The translations under genes and the position numbers were made by a program. A DNA stretch of 62,599 bases, counting the filler, from Rhabdomonas costata (lineage: Eukaryota): assembly GCA_019059605.1 (NCBI GenBank). It is 41 parts of 41 records of this genome, joined end to end, with 100 filler letters (N's around TTAATTAATTAA, not from the genome) between each part and the next. Parts side by side here need not be neighbours in the genome. Positions count along the whole stretch, not along the records: positions 9,179 to 10,608 come from JAHMHO010016160.1; positions 10,709 to 12,138 come from JAHMHO010016161.1; positions 12,239 to 13,668 come from JAHMHO010016162.1; positions 13,769 to 15,196 come from JAHMHO010016163.1; positions 15,297 to 16,726 come from JAHMHO010016164.1; positions 16,827 to 18,256 come from JAHMHO010016165.1; positions 18,357 to 19,786 come from JAHMHO010016166.1; positions 19,887 to 21,316 come from JAHMHO010016167.1; 33 more parts are not named here. One strand, written 5' to 3'. How positions within the stretch are numbered: position 1 is the first letter of the stretch; every line of letters begins with the position of its first letter. This document shows, piece by piece, positions 10,496-22,946 of the stretch. The notes below the pieces were generated by a model. It ran no database searches, was not told the DNA's origin, and was given only the letters and a program-made list of their open reading frames with translations.

Positions 10496-12686
10496 GTGAG
10501 CACGCCAGAGGTGTGATGAGCAAGCACCGCGCAGGTCAAGGGCGAGAAACTCGCTGGTCTTAATTGCTTAGTTCTCACCCACCACCCCACCCACACACAC
10601 ACACACAANNNNNNNNNNNNNNNNNNNNNNNNNNNNNNNNNNNNNNNNNNNNTTAATTAATTAANNNNNNNNNNNNNNNNNNNNNNNNNNNNNNNNNNNN
10701 NNNNNNNNTGTGTGGTGGTAAATGGTAACAGACAAGCTGTCATGGCTGTTGGAAAACACAAGCCGCTATGACAGCAAGGCGTTTGTTTTGTCGAAGCGTC
10801 AATTTGACTAGATGATCTTGTAGCAGTGTCCAGAGACATTCTTCTAACAGACAGGTAAACTGGCTGACACTCGGCTTAGTCTGGTTTGGTCAACTTGCAG
10901 CCTTTATGTGTATTTGTGTGTATTTGTGTGTATTTGACAAAATTTTTGGGCTGCAACACCCACACAAAAATTGCTGGCCATGTTGACCGGATAGTTATTG
11001 TTTTAGAGGCCTCATGAGCGTCCTGTAGTAGTATTTTGTCCGCAATTTTGGGGTTTGTGTGACAGACAGTCACAGCCACAGTCAGACAGTCTGGAAAAAT
11101 TACCGCTTTGACCTTGGTGTATTTGGCGCTCCGTGCCTCGCTGTTGCCATGAAATCTAGCCACAAGGGCTCACTTTTTATTGCCCTAGGTACAGTTTGGA
11201 CTTTGAAAAATTAATCGCGCTCAACATGGTTGTAGGGCCAATGGTTTATAGTAAAGCGGAACACGAGAACTGATGGATGGGAGTGGGGTTTTATGTAAAA
11301 ATGAGTGTCACAGATCTCTGTGCTCTCTTGCGTGGTGACCAGCTGCGTTCCACCGATAGCTACTGCTATCGAGGATTCTGCCCCTTTCGGGCCCTGGAAC
11401 GAGTGCGTGCTTCCCCTCTGCGCACGCCCCTCTTTTCTTCTCAGTGTAGGGAGGTAATTTCAGGCACACTTCTGGAGCATTGCATCCTTCATTCCATGGG
11501 ACTTGTTTTGTTGCATGGGGTTATGAATCGATTTGCCTGGATGAGGATGGTTGCTATCCCCCCTCCCCAAGAGAAAACAGAGAAGAGATTGACAAATTAT
11601 CCAAAGGGAATCCTCACTCGCAAACGATAGCTTTAAATGTAGTGGATGTACCATCACCTTTCTGAATGTGACGACCACCTCGTTGAGAAGGGAACCGCCC
11701 TTCTTGAGCTCGTCACAGTGCGTCGGGGAATGGTGCGAGCCACTCCACTGCTGCCCGTGGAAACTTACCAAATAAAGAACTGGCGTTTTGCCCGTCCCCC
11801 AAAGCGCTTCGGGTGTCTCTCACAGCCGTTTTATATCTTCACATTTTCTCGGGCAAAACGGAAGTTTTCGGAGAAAACGGACAAATCTGGTCCAGCTGTG
11901 CCCTTGGCTCACCCACCAAGTCTGAACACGACGACCAGACAAAGCACAGAGAGCTCCAACGGACTTAAGGGTTCTCAGAGCCATGTCATTAGATCGTCTT
12001 GTGAATTCATCACGTTGCGTAGATGAGTGTTTAAAAGAACGTTGAAGAAGGTTGGTCCTTCAATGAGAAAAACCCGATTCCCATCCGGTCTTCAGGTCAT
12101 CAGTGCATCTGTCTCCCAAGAAAATTTTCCAAAACAACNNNNNNNNNNNNNNNNNNNNNNNNNNNNNNNNNNNNNNNNNNNNTTAATTAATTAANNNNNN
12201 NNNNNNNNNNNNNNNNNNNNNNNNNNNNNNNNNNNNNNTGTGTGGTCGTCCTGCCAGATGGCGCACACCTTCATGTCCACGCTAAACTGCTGTTCAGACT
12301 GCAGGAGGGCGTACCCGATTCAGCACAACCGCGGGGCTTGGGGCCAGAATTGCATTTACCCTTACGGTTAACCGAGATCCATCACGTGCATTCGAGCCGA
12401 TTTCGGTGCCACTGTTTACCCTTCACACCCAGCTGTGTGTGTGTGTGTTGGAGGCAGGGGATTGAATGTTAAGGGCTTATAGGAGAAGACGGAGGAGATG
12501 AAAGAGGGAAAGGACGTGTTGAACAGACCCTATTCCTACGTTCCTCTCAAATTAGGAACGAAAAAACGTTTCGCACCTCGATTTCTTGCAGGCGGCTGCC
12601 GGTTTGTTTGCGTTTACGTATTTGTTGTGCGGGTTGGGCAATTGCTGCGATGAAGAGAGAGAGAGATGTGCTGTTGTGGTTGGCAG

Positions 12687-13588
12687 GGCGAGTATCGTTT
12701 CGCGCACACCTTTCTGCGGATGTTCTGCGAGAACATTGCTCTGCTGAACGGGGGCAGCCGGGAGGAGGCCAAGCTGACCATTCTAATGGAGCGCGTGCTC
12801 AGTCAGGTCTCTTGGGTGGATTCGCGTGGTGGTGGTGGGGGGGGGGCACAGTGGTTCAGCATTTTCGATTCTCGCGGTGATATGCGGCAGGTCATCTCGA
12901 CTTCATTCACTATTTTGGGTTGAGCGCGCTGCTGTTGGGAATGTTTGGTTTGCAAATAGTTTTCTGATGTTCCAGACTGCACGCCTTGTGGTTCAATGCG
13001 TAGGCGTCATTCTGGTCCCCTGCCAACGACCTGGAGTCCATCTTAATGCCACGAAGGCCACCCACAGAATAAAGAACCCCACTGCTAGTGGACTGTCTGC
13101 CAATTTTTTCCCCTCCACCATTGACTGCCACAAAAAAAAGGCATTTAGAGGATTTACGAAAAGTGGACTTCTCTCCTTGTAGCTGTGCCAGCACTGAATT
13201 CTTGTTTTTGTTTCGCTCTTGGAAACGCTGTGGTACACTTTGCTTCTCTATTTTTGGGTGTACGGGTGATCCTGAGTGCAGTTTTTAGCCCACAGTTTTA
13301 CATGACACCAGCAGAGCTCTGCCGCAAACAGAAACGCATATCCACTGAGTCAGCATGTCTGAGCGTCTCCGGGGCTTTTTTTAGAATAGGGTTTGAGATT
13401 TTGATCTGTGTGGGTTCACTCGCAGGTGCGCCGGGTGGCGCTGTTCCAGTTTCCGCTGAACCTCTCCAGCATGAGCTTCTACTGGGGGCTCAGCTTCGCC
13501 AGCTACCTCTTCCCCTCGCTGTTCTGGTGGTTCGGGTGGCAGGCCGACCTGGACCTTGACACCTTCTTCACCGTCACCTCTCTCGCGG
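12687..13588 (+). CDS. ABCD-family (ABCD4-like) ABC transporter, transmembrane-domain exons
   Basis: Exon 12687-12806 reads GEYRFAHTFLRMFCENIALLNGGSREE (ABCD EAA-loop motif EG.FRF.H..LR...E.IA...G..E). It joins in phase 0 to exon 13426-13588, which encodes hydrophobic TM segments. Confidence 0.8.
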
Positions 13589-14256
13589 GTCGCGAGCAGC
13601 CCCCGCACTCTCACGCACTCACCAGCCCAAACACACCAACTCTGATCCAAACTGGGGATTCACCACTGNNNNNNNNNNNNNNNNNNNNNNNNNNNNNNNN
13701 NNNNNNNNNNNNTTAATTAATTAANNNNNNNNNNNNNNNNNNNNNNNNNNNNNNNNNNNNNNNNNNNNGTTGGTGTTGGACCGGAATTGCGGGTTTCAGA
13801 TTCCGGGTTTCAGGTATGGCCCCCCCTTCCCGTGTCAATTCTTCTCTTCGAATCTGCCGGGGCATGCATGTTTTGATATCGCCCTCCACGCGTGCTTTTG
13901 TGTTAAGGCCCAATTTTTCCACATCCGTTGTCGCGAGCGACGCGACGAAATATCTTCGAGCTTGAATTAAAGTCAATTTAGCATAATAAGAAGCGGAGGA
14001 TTAGTTTGAATCAGCTTCATATGAATCGGTCCAACAGCAGTCCCAGCAGTGTGAACCGTTTTTCTTGATGGTTTGTTCGTTCCGTCACGCTTTGCTGAAA
14101 CCCTTCCAGACTTCGATACCAACCGATGGCAGCTTCACAGCAGAGAGAAGGAGAGAAGGAGGAGGGCGGTTTATGGGCAATTGTTTGTTTTCCGCGGCAC
14201 CCGGGAAATTGGGGGAGGTGTGAGTGTGTGCTTTAATCTGCTCCCTTCTTTGGCAG

Positions 14257-15092
14257 GGCCAGAAGCTGCTGGACTTGGTTTGCACTGAGGACACGGAGTC
14301 CGTCCGTGAACTGCGGCGACTGTTTGTGCGGGCCAACACCTTCGCTCCCAGAGCCCTGCGGTTCTCAACCAGCTCCGGAGGTATGGGCTACGCATTTGAC
14401 ATTGCATGCGCTTTCTTTTGCCTGTGCATTTTATTTACCATCATCTGACTTCGCCTCGATTCTTCGACCACTGATATTGTGGTGCGCGGGAGGTTCCTTC
14501 ACGACAGCGAAGGCTTGTGCGCGTTTACTTCCGGCAGTGCTTTGACTTGATTCCCCAAAGCTCTATCCTTTTCTCCCGAATTGCAGTTGTGGTGAACGTG
14601 CTGCTCCGTGGAAGTCGGATCAAGGGCACGATGTGGATGCTGACCATGTATGCTCCTATCTTCCCTTGCCGAACCTTGAACTTTTCGACATTTACTTTTA
14701 AGCACTTTTAGGCACTTTTAGGCATCTCTCTGTCTTTCTTTCTTCTGACGTGTGCGAAGGTGCTTTTTCCTCCGAAGAAGAACGAGCCAACCGGACCGTA
14801 GCGTTCGTCGTGTACTCTTGCTTTGCGCGTGACCCCCTTCTGTATGTTGTGGAGAGGTCACCAATGCCCCATCTTCCCGGGGTAATGGGTATTCCGCGAT
14901 TCTTGTGAAAAACAGGCGGCAAAGCAACACCAAAAGATCTTCGGTGCTGGCGTGAGCTTACGAATGAGTATTTCGGTTTTTGTCTGCCAGGGAGAACATT
15001 GACAGGTTTGTCACCGCGCTGGTCTCCGCGCAGCAGAGGTTCGCCGACGTGACGAACACTCTCAACGAAACGGTGATCGTGGCCAATGACTG
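14257..15092 (+). CDS. Multi-PAS-domain signalling protein fragment (3 exons)
   Basis: Exons 14257-14380, 14587-14647 and 14991-15092 splice in consistent phases to GQKLLDLVCTEDTESV...LRFSTSSG|VVVNVLLRGSRI...LTM|ENID...SAQQRFADVTNTLNETVIVAND. This is the end of one PAS/PAC unit and the start of the next. Confidence 0.7.
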
Positions 15093-15539
15093 GTGAACCC
15101 TTGTTTCCCTCCGCCTCCAAATCCTTCCACATTGCCTGAAAATGCAGATTGAATACACAGAAAATGCAATGCGCCATCCGCCATCACCCCCACCCCNNNN
15201 NNNNNNNNNNNNNNNNNNNNNNNNNNNNNNNNNNNNNNNNTTAATTAATTAANNNNNNNNNNNNNNNNNNNNNNNNNNNNNNNNNNNNNNNNNNNNGGGT
15301 GTGGGTCGCTTGACGAACGGAGCGCTTATAAACTCGCTTCCAACCTCGTTAATACCGATCTAGGAAGCGAGTTTATAAGCGCTCCGTTCGTCAAGCGACC
15401 CACACCGCAAGGAACCGATATAAAACACTCTCCGCTTTGACAGCTTAAATATAAGTTCAAAAGCCTTCACTAGCGGGCTTCTCTGACACCATTTTTTATG
15501 AGTTGCCCTGCAGTGCGGAAGGAGTAGGGGGAAATACAC

Positions 15540-16067
15540 CTCGCTGGGTCGCTGCTGTTGCTGTAGCAGTGAGGGCGACCAGGGGCACCTCCGGAACGGA
15601 GGCCTTTAGAGTACTAAGCTTGCGATACGTTGGTCGGAAGTCATGCCCCCACTGAGAGATGCAGTGCGCCTGAGCACACAATAAAAAACCTCAAACACCT
15701 CAAGCACACACAAGTTGTCTTTTTGATAATCACGCTTTGCTGATGGACAAAGCTTGGGGAATTCTGTGATTACAGCAGAAGGCAGCTTAGCGCGCTGCAG
15801 GCGGGCTTCTGATGCGGCCGGAGCCCCGCTGGAGCTGGTGGACCCTTTTCAGCCCTTTGACACTATCACACCCACAAAAAAATGGATACAAACGAGCTAA
15901 CAAGCACGGGCCTCGTCGATCGCGACCAGACCAAGGTGGGGCCGGAGCTGGGCAAGGAGGTGCTGGAAACCAAGCGAGTCCACGAACTCCGGGGCGACGT
16001 AGAGTACGTCCACCGCAGGAGGACTTTGCCGAAGAGCTCGGAAGGTGGCCTCCCGCTGCGCACTGGA
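15540..16067 (-). CDS. recQ: RecQ-family DNA helicase fragment (2 exons, GC-AG intron)
   Basis: Exons 16067-15912 and 15669-15540 give LYVAPE...[24 protein letters not shown]...[16 protein letters not shown] box, the RecQ aromatic-rich loop and motif III. Confidence 0.95.
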
Positions 16068-17812
16068 CTGCACACACACAGACACACAAGTCAGCTGGGC
16101 CATGTAGAATGAATTCCTGTTCGCAGGCCAGCAATACCTACAGGGCCTAAAAAAGGCCTTTGCTTCGGTTGGTAGGGCAGCTATAAACCGAACCAATGGG
16201 GCCCACTCGCCGCTCGGGTCCAATCGGACTAAGTGTGTGCCCAGATTGGTAGGCAAGAAAATTTCAAGTGCAAGACAATATATGATCTGGCGCCATAAAT
16301 TTCTGCATTCTATCCTCCAGTGCAACTCAGGTAGAATGCTTGAGCTCAGTAACATTGCTTACCACTGTATGAAACCGATTCACCCAATCAGCCCCAGAAC
16401 CCATTCAGCCCTTCAGCTCTTGTTGGTGGCAGAGCGATTGCAGAAAATGCGCTGTTCCTTTCTTTCTAAAATAGGGCAACAGTTTAACAGACCATTGTAC
16501 CGGATTATTTGTATTGCGGGATTTCGGGAGACTGAGACTACAAAAATGAGGACAGGCCGTTTTTTTTGCTGGGCACTGGTGGAGAAGTGGAACAGCATGA
16601 GTTGAGAGGATTGAGGATATGGCATATAGGCACAGATGTGGGTCCTTGCACAACAGGCACATTTGCAGCAAAACCGAAGACCTTTAAGAAAAAGGCAACA
16701 GGAGGATACAAAACACATCAAAGACANNNNNNNNNNNNNNNNNNNNNNNNNNNNNNNNNNNNNNNNNNNNTTAATTAATTAANNNNNNNNNNNNNNNNNN
16801 NNNNNNNNNNNNNNNNNNNNNNNNNNATCCTCTGCGATGACCTGTGCAGCATCTCCTGCCAGCTGCTGCGGTGGCTGCATCCCAGGAGAGTGTACAGCCC
16901 AGGGTCCTCAGATCATTTACCCGCAGTTCGGAAACACACAACTCACCGCCAACGACGCCTCTGACCTTTTGTTTAAGTCTGTTCTCAATGCAACATACAA
17001 CTGGGAAGGAAAAGAGGATGGGGAGGGGTGGGGGAGGAGGGAAATGTTATTACACAACAGTTCGCACAGCCACAAGCACAATCGGCAGAGTGAAAGCACA
17101 GCCACGCTGCGCCAGGAAGCCAGGGAAAGACAGAAAAGCCAGGCAGAGAAGCGACGAGCACAGCCCATGGGGCACAAATGGCCAATGCATCGGGAACTCA
17201 AGAATTTGATGGGTAAATTGATTGTGTTCTGCCCCACCGAAACTGGCTTTGATTCGATTCAACGTGTGGGATATGGAGTAATTACGAGTTGGATCAGGGC
17301 GCAATACAGTAAGATGCACTGCTCGTTATGGACTCGTTACCGTGAAGAAATCCAATGGCGCTGACCAACATGGTGAGTAAGAGAGTGTGGGTGGGTGGCA
17401 AATCAACTCCTCCAGTCCTTATTGTTTCTTTTCGTTTCCTTTTTCGCGCGCCTAAGCTCCCTTCCCAAAAACACATTTGAAGTCTTTAAGAGAAGCCATT
17501 GGACTTCGGCTGGCCTAAAATTTTTCCAATAAACGGAGGGGTCAGGGAAACACTGCCGCCATATCACAAAAAGGCGCCTCCCTGAGAAATGCTGACACCG
17601 CTTGCTTTCACTTCGTCGTTAAACACATCAAGGTCACGGGAAATTTCCCCTTCTCAGGGGAAATTCAAAACGGCCAATGCAAAGGAAACGAAAGACGAAA
17701 TGAGCAGGATTTTGTGCGGAGGAAACACTGAACAGTGAACGAAACAAAAAACAAGAGAAAATAACATGCACAGGAGAATCACACATACATCAGGGAAACC
17801 ACAGACCCTTAC

Positions 17813-18230
17813 TTGTGCCGCTTTCCCAGGGGTAGCGGGGGCAGAGGTACTTCCAGAGCACGGTCTCTCACAGCGGGTTTGCCCGTGGAGTGAAACCCGC
17901 GCTCGCTGCCATCCTCCTCTTCTTCTTCGTCCTCCTCCTCTTCGTCGTCGTCCGACACTTCCTCGGAGCTGGAGCCCTCATCCCCATCACTGCCGCCCTT
18001 ACCCCTAGCCACGCTCCTCCACCGAAAGCGAAAGTCTGGCCGCAGCGCAGAGCACCTCAGGGCTTCCTCCCGCGCCGAAGGGGGCACCGTGGCTTGCAGC
18101 TGGAACACCGCCGGCCCCGTGCCCTCGGCCTGACCAAGCTTAATCAGCTGCTGCACCGCCACGGGGTCTGCCGTGGGTGGGCCCACCCGCCGGTGACTGC
18201 GCGACAGCGGTCGGGAGCGGATGAGCTCAA
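17813..18230 (-). CDS. Hypothetical protein exon with an acidic tract
   Basis: Open frame bounded by TAG acceptor and GTAAGG donor; encodes SSSEEVSDDDEEEEDEEEEED. Confidence 0.5.
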
Positions 18231-18816
18231 CTAACGGGCGCTCGCCCCACCCACCCNNNNNNNNNNNNNNNNNNNNNNNNNNNNNNNNNNNNNNNNNNNN
18301 TTAATTAATTAANNNNNNNNNNNNNNNNNNNNNNNNNNNNNNNNNNNNNNNNNNNNGTTGGTTTGGTGACGGTTAAGTGGAGATCAGATATACATGAAAC
18401 GTGAAAGGGCCAAATGACTCTCGCCTGTTAGGTATTCAAAGTATAAAAATGAACATTATTCTAAGTTGAATGCGTAAACTTCAACTCGGACATCAAAGTC
18501 AAAACAACAATGGCTCACAAATCGGGGAGACACTGGGGTACTTTCGACTACCCGAACTTGGCTTGGTGACGGTTAAGTGGAGTCAGATATCCATGGGGTC
18601 GCACGAAGTTGTTGTCTTGGATTGGGCTCGACCTTGTTAATGCTAAAAAGAAGCAATGAAATACACATACGTTTCAAGGTTCTCAGGCAAGGCAGCTAAC
18701 CTGGGAAATTCCATTGTAATTTCTAGCACTTTCTGGGCCACCACGCACACGGAGAAAACGAAAACATGACGCAGCACCAAACAGGGAACAGCAAGCAGGT
18801 GACACCCTCCCTCCCC

Positions 18817-19341
18817 TTATTCAAACTCAGCGTCCTCGTTGAACGCAGGGGGGTTCCAGCGGACGAGCTTCGGTCGGTGCGGCAACTTCACCGCAGGCCC
18901 CATCACCCGGCTAGATTGGGGCTTCTCCTCCACCTGCTCTCCCTCCACCTCCACCGCTTTTTTCCCGCTCCTTCCTTTCAACCGGCGGCCCTTTCCTGGC
19001 CGCCCTTCAGGCTGCTCCTGCTCCACCGCGCCTTCTCCGTCCCCCCCACCGCCTTCCTCGGTGCCGGAGAGCGCCTTCTTGGCGAGCTTCTTTTGCCGGT
19101 GGTTCTCCGCGCGGCCGTCCTGCTCGGCACGCTTATCGGCGAGGATGGCCTCAAGCATCTCGGCCTTCAGAGGCCAGCTGTTCGGGATGCTGTGCTCGGG
19201 TAGCGGCTGCTTCTTGCTGCGGCGGGGGCCCATCTTCGTAGCCAGCTTGCGCAACTTGCGGTGGTGCTCACGGACCTTGCGCGCAACCTTGTACCGCTTG
19301 TGGAGGGTCCAACGCTTACTCAATCTCTTTTTCTTCTTCAT
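18817..19341 (-). CDS. GNL3/GNL3L/Grn1 (nucleostemin family) N-terminal basic-domain protein; no GTPase domain visible
   Basis: SKRWTLHKRYKVARKVREHHRKLRKLA...IPNSWPLKAEML matches the GN3L_Grn1 motif. The 174-aa ORF ends at TAA. A polypyrimidine-AG acceptor lies about 24 nt upstream of the ATG. Confidence 0.85.
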   Translation of the reverse strand: MKKKKRLSKRWTLHKRYKVARKVREHHRKLRKLATKMGPRRSKKQPLPEHSIPNSWPLKAEMLEAILADKRAEQDGRAENHRQKKLAKKALSGTEEGGGGDGEGAVEQEQPEGRPGKGRRLKGRSGKKAVEVEGEQVEEKPQSSRVMGPAVKLPHRPKLVRWNPPAFNEDAEFE

Positions 19342-19908
19342 CGCCGCGGCACCACCAAGGAGTCACTGGAAGGGAAAGAACAAAGGCCTGTTCAACCCGC
19401 CCTCTCGCGGCAAAAACGGGGGAAGAAAGAAGAAAAGACAGAGAGGGCTGCGAAAAAAGTGGACACTCTACTGGGTAAGGCAAACACATCACGAGGCTGA
19501 GACGAGCACTTCGGAGGAGGAGGAGGATGCGCCATCTCGGTATGCCAGAGGACCGAACCGAAACTCTGCTCTTCCAATACCTGCCATATCTGGCAACACT
19601 GTGCCCAACAGGTCAGAAAAATCGCAACGGAAAGTAGGGCAAAAGCCGGTCAGTGAACGGAAAATACACAATGGCGGTAGATTTCGTAGTCTGCTTGGTG
19701 CCGGCACCAGGTATCTGCATATGGCTATGCATCACAGAATTAATGTTATGGTGCAATTCCAAAGCATCCAATTGCCAACCACAACANNNNNNNNNNNNNN
19801 NNNNNNNNNNNNNNNNNNNNNNNNNNNNNNTTAATTAATTAANNNNNNNNNNNNNNNNNNNNNNNNNNNNNNNNNNNNNNNNNNNNTTTTTGTGGGATTT
19901 TTCCAAGA

Positions 19909-21316
19909 GACACCGGGGGGCATGGGCTGGACTGCAGGCGGCAACCATGGAGCTTCGCCGCCTCACTATCCGCAGTACAGAGAGCGCCTTCATGAAGTTG
20001 ATCCAGCCCTCCGAGGACCTGATCATGTACCAGTCCCACCGCCTGAAGGGCAAGGGCCTGCTGGAACTCCCCGGGCCCCAGAACTACAGCTACATCCTGG
20101 ACGCCCTGGGGCTGTTCTTTGACATCCGGGGCAGTCGCTACCTTTCCATTGTTAACTACGCCTTGTTGTGGCACCAAGAGTCCAGGTGAACAGCCTCAAA
20201 CTTGCGATCTACTTCTCGCCGTGATTGTTTCGCCGTTGCTGTTACGCAATGCCCAATAGAATTCTACGTGGGCATTTGCACTGGCTCTACTTGTTGCTAT
20301 TAGTTCTGTCTGGGCCGAAGCTGAGCCCCTTCCGACGTCGCCTGTGCTCAGCTTCCAATAGGTGAAGCGGAAGTGTGGGGTTTATTCAGTCGGCTGCACG
20401 TCGGTGTTCATCATTGCCGTTTTTGTGGGACCGCGTATTCTCCACCCACGGCGCTTTTGACGGTTGACCCCATGGACCGGCCACGCCTGCTATAAATGCA
20501 AAAGACCCCAGGCCGGCTTCGGCTTAGCCCTCTTAAAGCCGTACACCTTCCTCTTCCTTGGACATCTGGGTGAACACCTTCTTTTGGTTCAGGTTGTGTC
20601 TAGTAAAAAGGGTTCGCGATATTTTTCGAGTTTTGTTCTAATTTATGAAGTGTGTGTGGGTGTGGGTGCGCGCGCTGATTTTCAAGCTGACTTTTTCAGT
20701 TGCATTGTGGAACTTTCAATCCATGGCAAAGGTATCCCGAAGGAAACCCCTCGAACTGGATGCAGTGGACGGCCTACACTCGCCTCAACTTGGACGCCTT
20801 GAACAACAATCACAACCCAACCGTGTACGTCACGGATAACGTACCCAACGAGCTCCACAGTGCCAGCGAGATGCAGTACTACATCGTGAACCAGGACACG
20901 GGTCAGAAGCTCCTGTCAATCTACAAGCAGGTCATTCCGATGAACATCTACCCTGCCGACGCTACCCGTCCGGAGTACTCTTTCTGGGAGAACGAGCTGG
21001 TATTCTAGTTTGCACTGCTGCCTTCTTATTTTGGTTTACTCACCGTTGCCCCATGGCGTTGCGGACGCGCCACCGCGCTGGAAGCAAGCTTTTTTCTCCC
21101 GAAAGGGCTTCTTTGATTCCAGCTCCAGACTCATCACATATCTCATGAGATGAGAACTCATCTCTGAAAATCGCGTCTCCGTCGCTTCGCCTCGGCTACT
21201 CAATCAAACAACAGGTTTTCAACGAGCAGACGGGGCTGACCGAGGTTGTGCTGACCTACGGCATCCCTTTTAAGGACATGCTTGCCGCCCACCATCTAGT
21301 CATGACCACCAAACCC
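19909..21316 (+). CDS. Putative receptor extracellular region (dCache-like), 3 exons
   Basis: Exons about 19909-20185, 20732-20999 and 21215-21316 splice in consistent phase with strong codon bias. The segment FWENEL|VFNEQTGLTEVVLTYGIPFKD resembles the 'W...Y....G...IT...P' Cache strand pattern. Domain call tentative. Confidence 0.55.
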
Positions 21317-22029
21317 NNNNNNNNNNNNNNNNNNNNNNNNNNNNNNNNNNNNNNNNNNNNTTAATTAATTAANNNNNNNNNNNNNNNNNNNNNNNNNNNN
21401 NNNNNNNNNNNNNNNNTTTGTGTAAACTGAAAGGGAACGGGAAAAGGCACTACCTAAGGGAAGAGCCCAGGACTTCATGCTGGCACCGGATTGGGCCGGA
21501 ACGCTTCTGTAAACATGTTAGAGACCTTTTAAGGTCAATTTTGGGTTTTTTGAGCCCTTTTGCCTTTACACAGGCTTGGAAGGACGCTTTTTTGAACGCT
21601 TTACTTGGGGCTGGTGTTTTTGATAAGCAAAAGAACTGTAGGCTGGCACACCGTCCGCCCACCTGCACGGCGGTGTGCCAGCAACGATTTTACAGTTTAA
21701 CTTTGAAGGAGGCTAAGTCGAAAATAAAAACGCCTTCAAAAGGGCCAAAGTGGGACCCCTTCAAGCGAAGAGGAGTTCGAGCGGGAGGCCAACTCATTTC
21801 AGGAGTACTGCCATGCCACCAAACATGAGCCCAACCCGTCACTTTAACTCGAGTTCTGAAGTCAATGTTAGGTCCGGTCTGGGCCGGCGGATGTCACCCA
21901 GCAAATAGGGTGAGGTTTTGACCCAAAATGAGTGGGGAGGTTCCGGGGGTCGACAGAAGAGGCTACATGGGTCCACCTACCACCTGGTAGAACCGCCAGA
22001 ACAGCGATAATTGTATATTCAATTGTATA

Positions 22030-22084
22030 TTGCCTTGCACAAAGGCACCGGAGCTCAGCTGAGCTTCGCCCTTCTGGGGGGACC
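22030..22084 (-). repeat. Dispersed palindromic repeat module (copy of 31148-31198)
   Basis: Reverse complement contains CGAAGCTCAGCTGAGCTCCGGTGCCTTTGTGCAAGGCAA, versus CGAAGCTCAGCTGAGATCCGATGCCTTTGCGCAAGGCAA at 31160-31198. Confidence 0.85.
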
Positions 22085-22946
22085 CTTTGCCAAGTAAGCA
22101 AAGTTATTTCGTTGTTATATCTGTTCTGAAACTGTCTGCCTTGGACACTCTTTTTTGCCTGCTGTGGACGGCTTCGCAGGGACGGTGTGCAGGAAAGGAG
22201 GACACGCCACGGCCTTGCAAACGATCCACGCGTCGCCCGCTCTTGTATGCTTCTATCAGATCAACCCTCCAAGAAGCAGCTGCAGTACTTACACGCTCCA
22301 TTGCCAGACTAGGACCTTGACACCCCGCTGCGTGCCGTGCCGCTTCTTCCGCAAAGCGTTGGTGCTTCAGCCTTCCAGCCTGTCCACTGTAAAGGTGTGC
22401 CGTAGTCCACGTGCGGGGAGCCTGACATGGGCGCGCTGAAATCCAAAAGTGGGAAGTGATCCCGGAGTGATTCGAGGCCTGCTCGAGATACTCATTTTGC
22501 TGTGGCAGGCCACTCTGAAGACCTGCACTATAGTCCCGGTGGGTGGAGCCGCCCTGTCCTCCCCCTCTACGGGCAGCAGCTCCAGGAGAATTACTTCTTT
22601 TGCTTTCATTGTCCAGTGTTGCAGCTATTTCTCCCTTATTTAGTATCACTAAATTCTCATCTTCTTCGTCGTGAATTCTTGTCATGAGTTTTTAGAATAA
22701 TATATTTTTGGAGAGAACCACGGCACTTCTGCAGCAACATGGGTCAGCACTGTAATTACTGCACGAACGAAACAACTGCCACACACAGAAGAAAGAAGAA
22801 CCAACCGGAGCCGCGCGACTCTCACACCCCAGCTCGCCCCCCCAACNNNNNNNNNNNNNNNNNNNNNNNNNNNNNNNNNNNNNNNNNNNNTTAATTAATT
22901 AANNNNNNNNNNNNNNNNNNNNNNNNNNNNNNNNNNNNNNNNNNNN

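Noticed and set aside
22367-22420. GLRHTF on the minus strand resembling a tyrosine recombinase HxLRH motif
   Set aside because: It lacks the first His and the downstream LGH and Tyr; the plus strand has plausible short exons instead.
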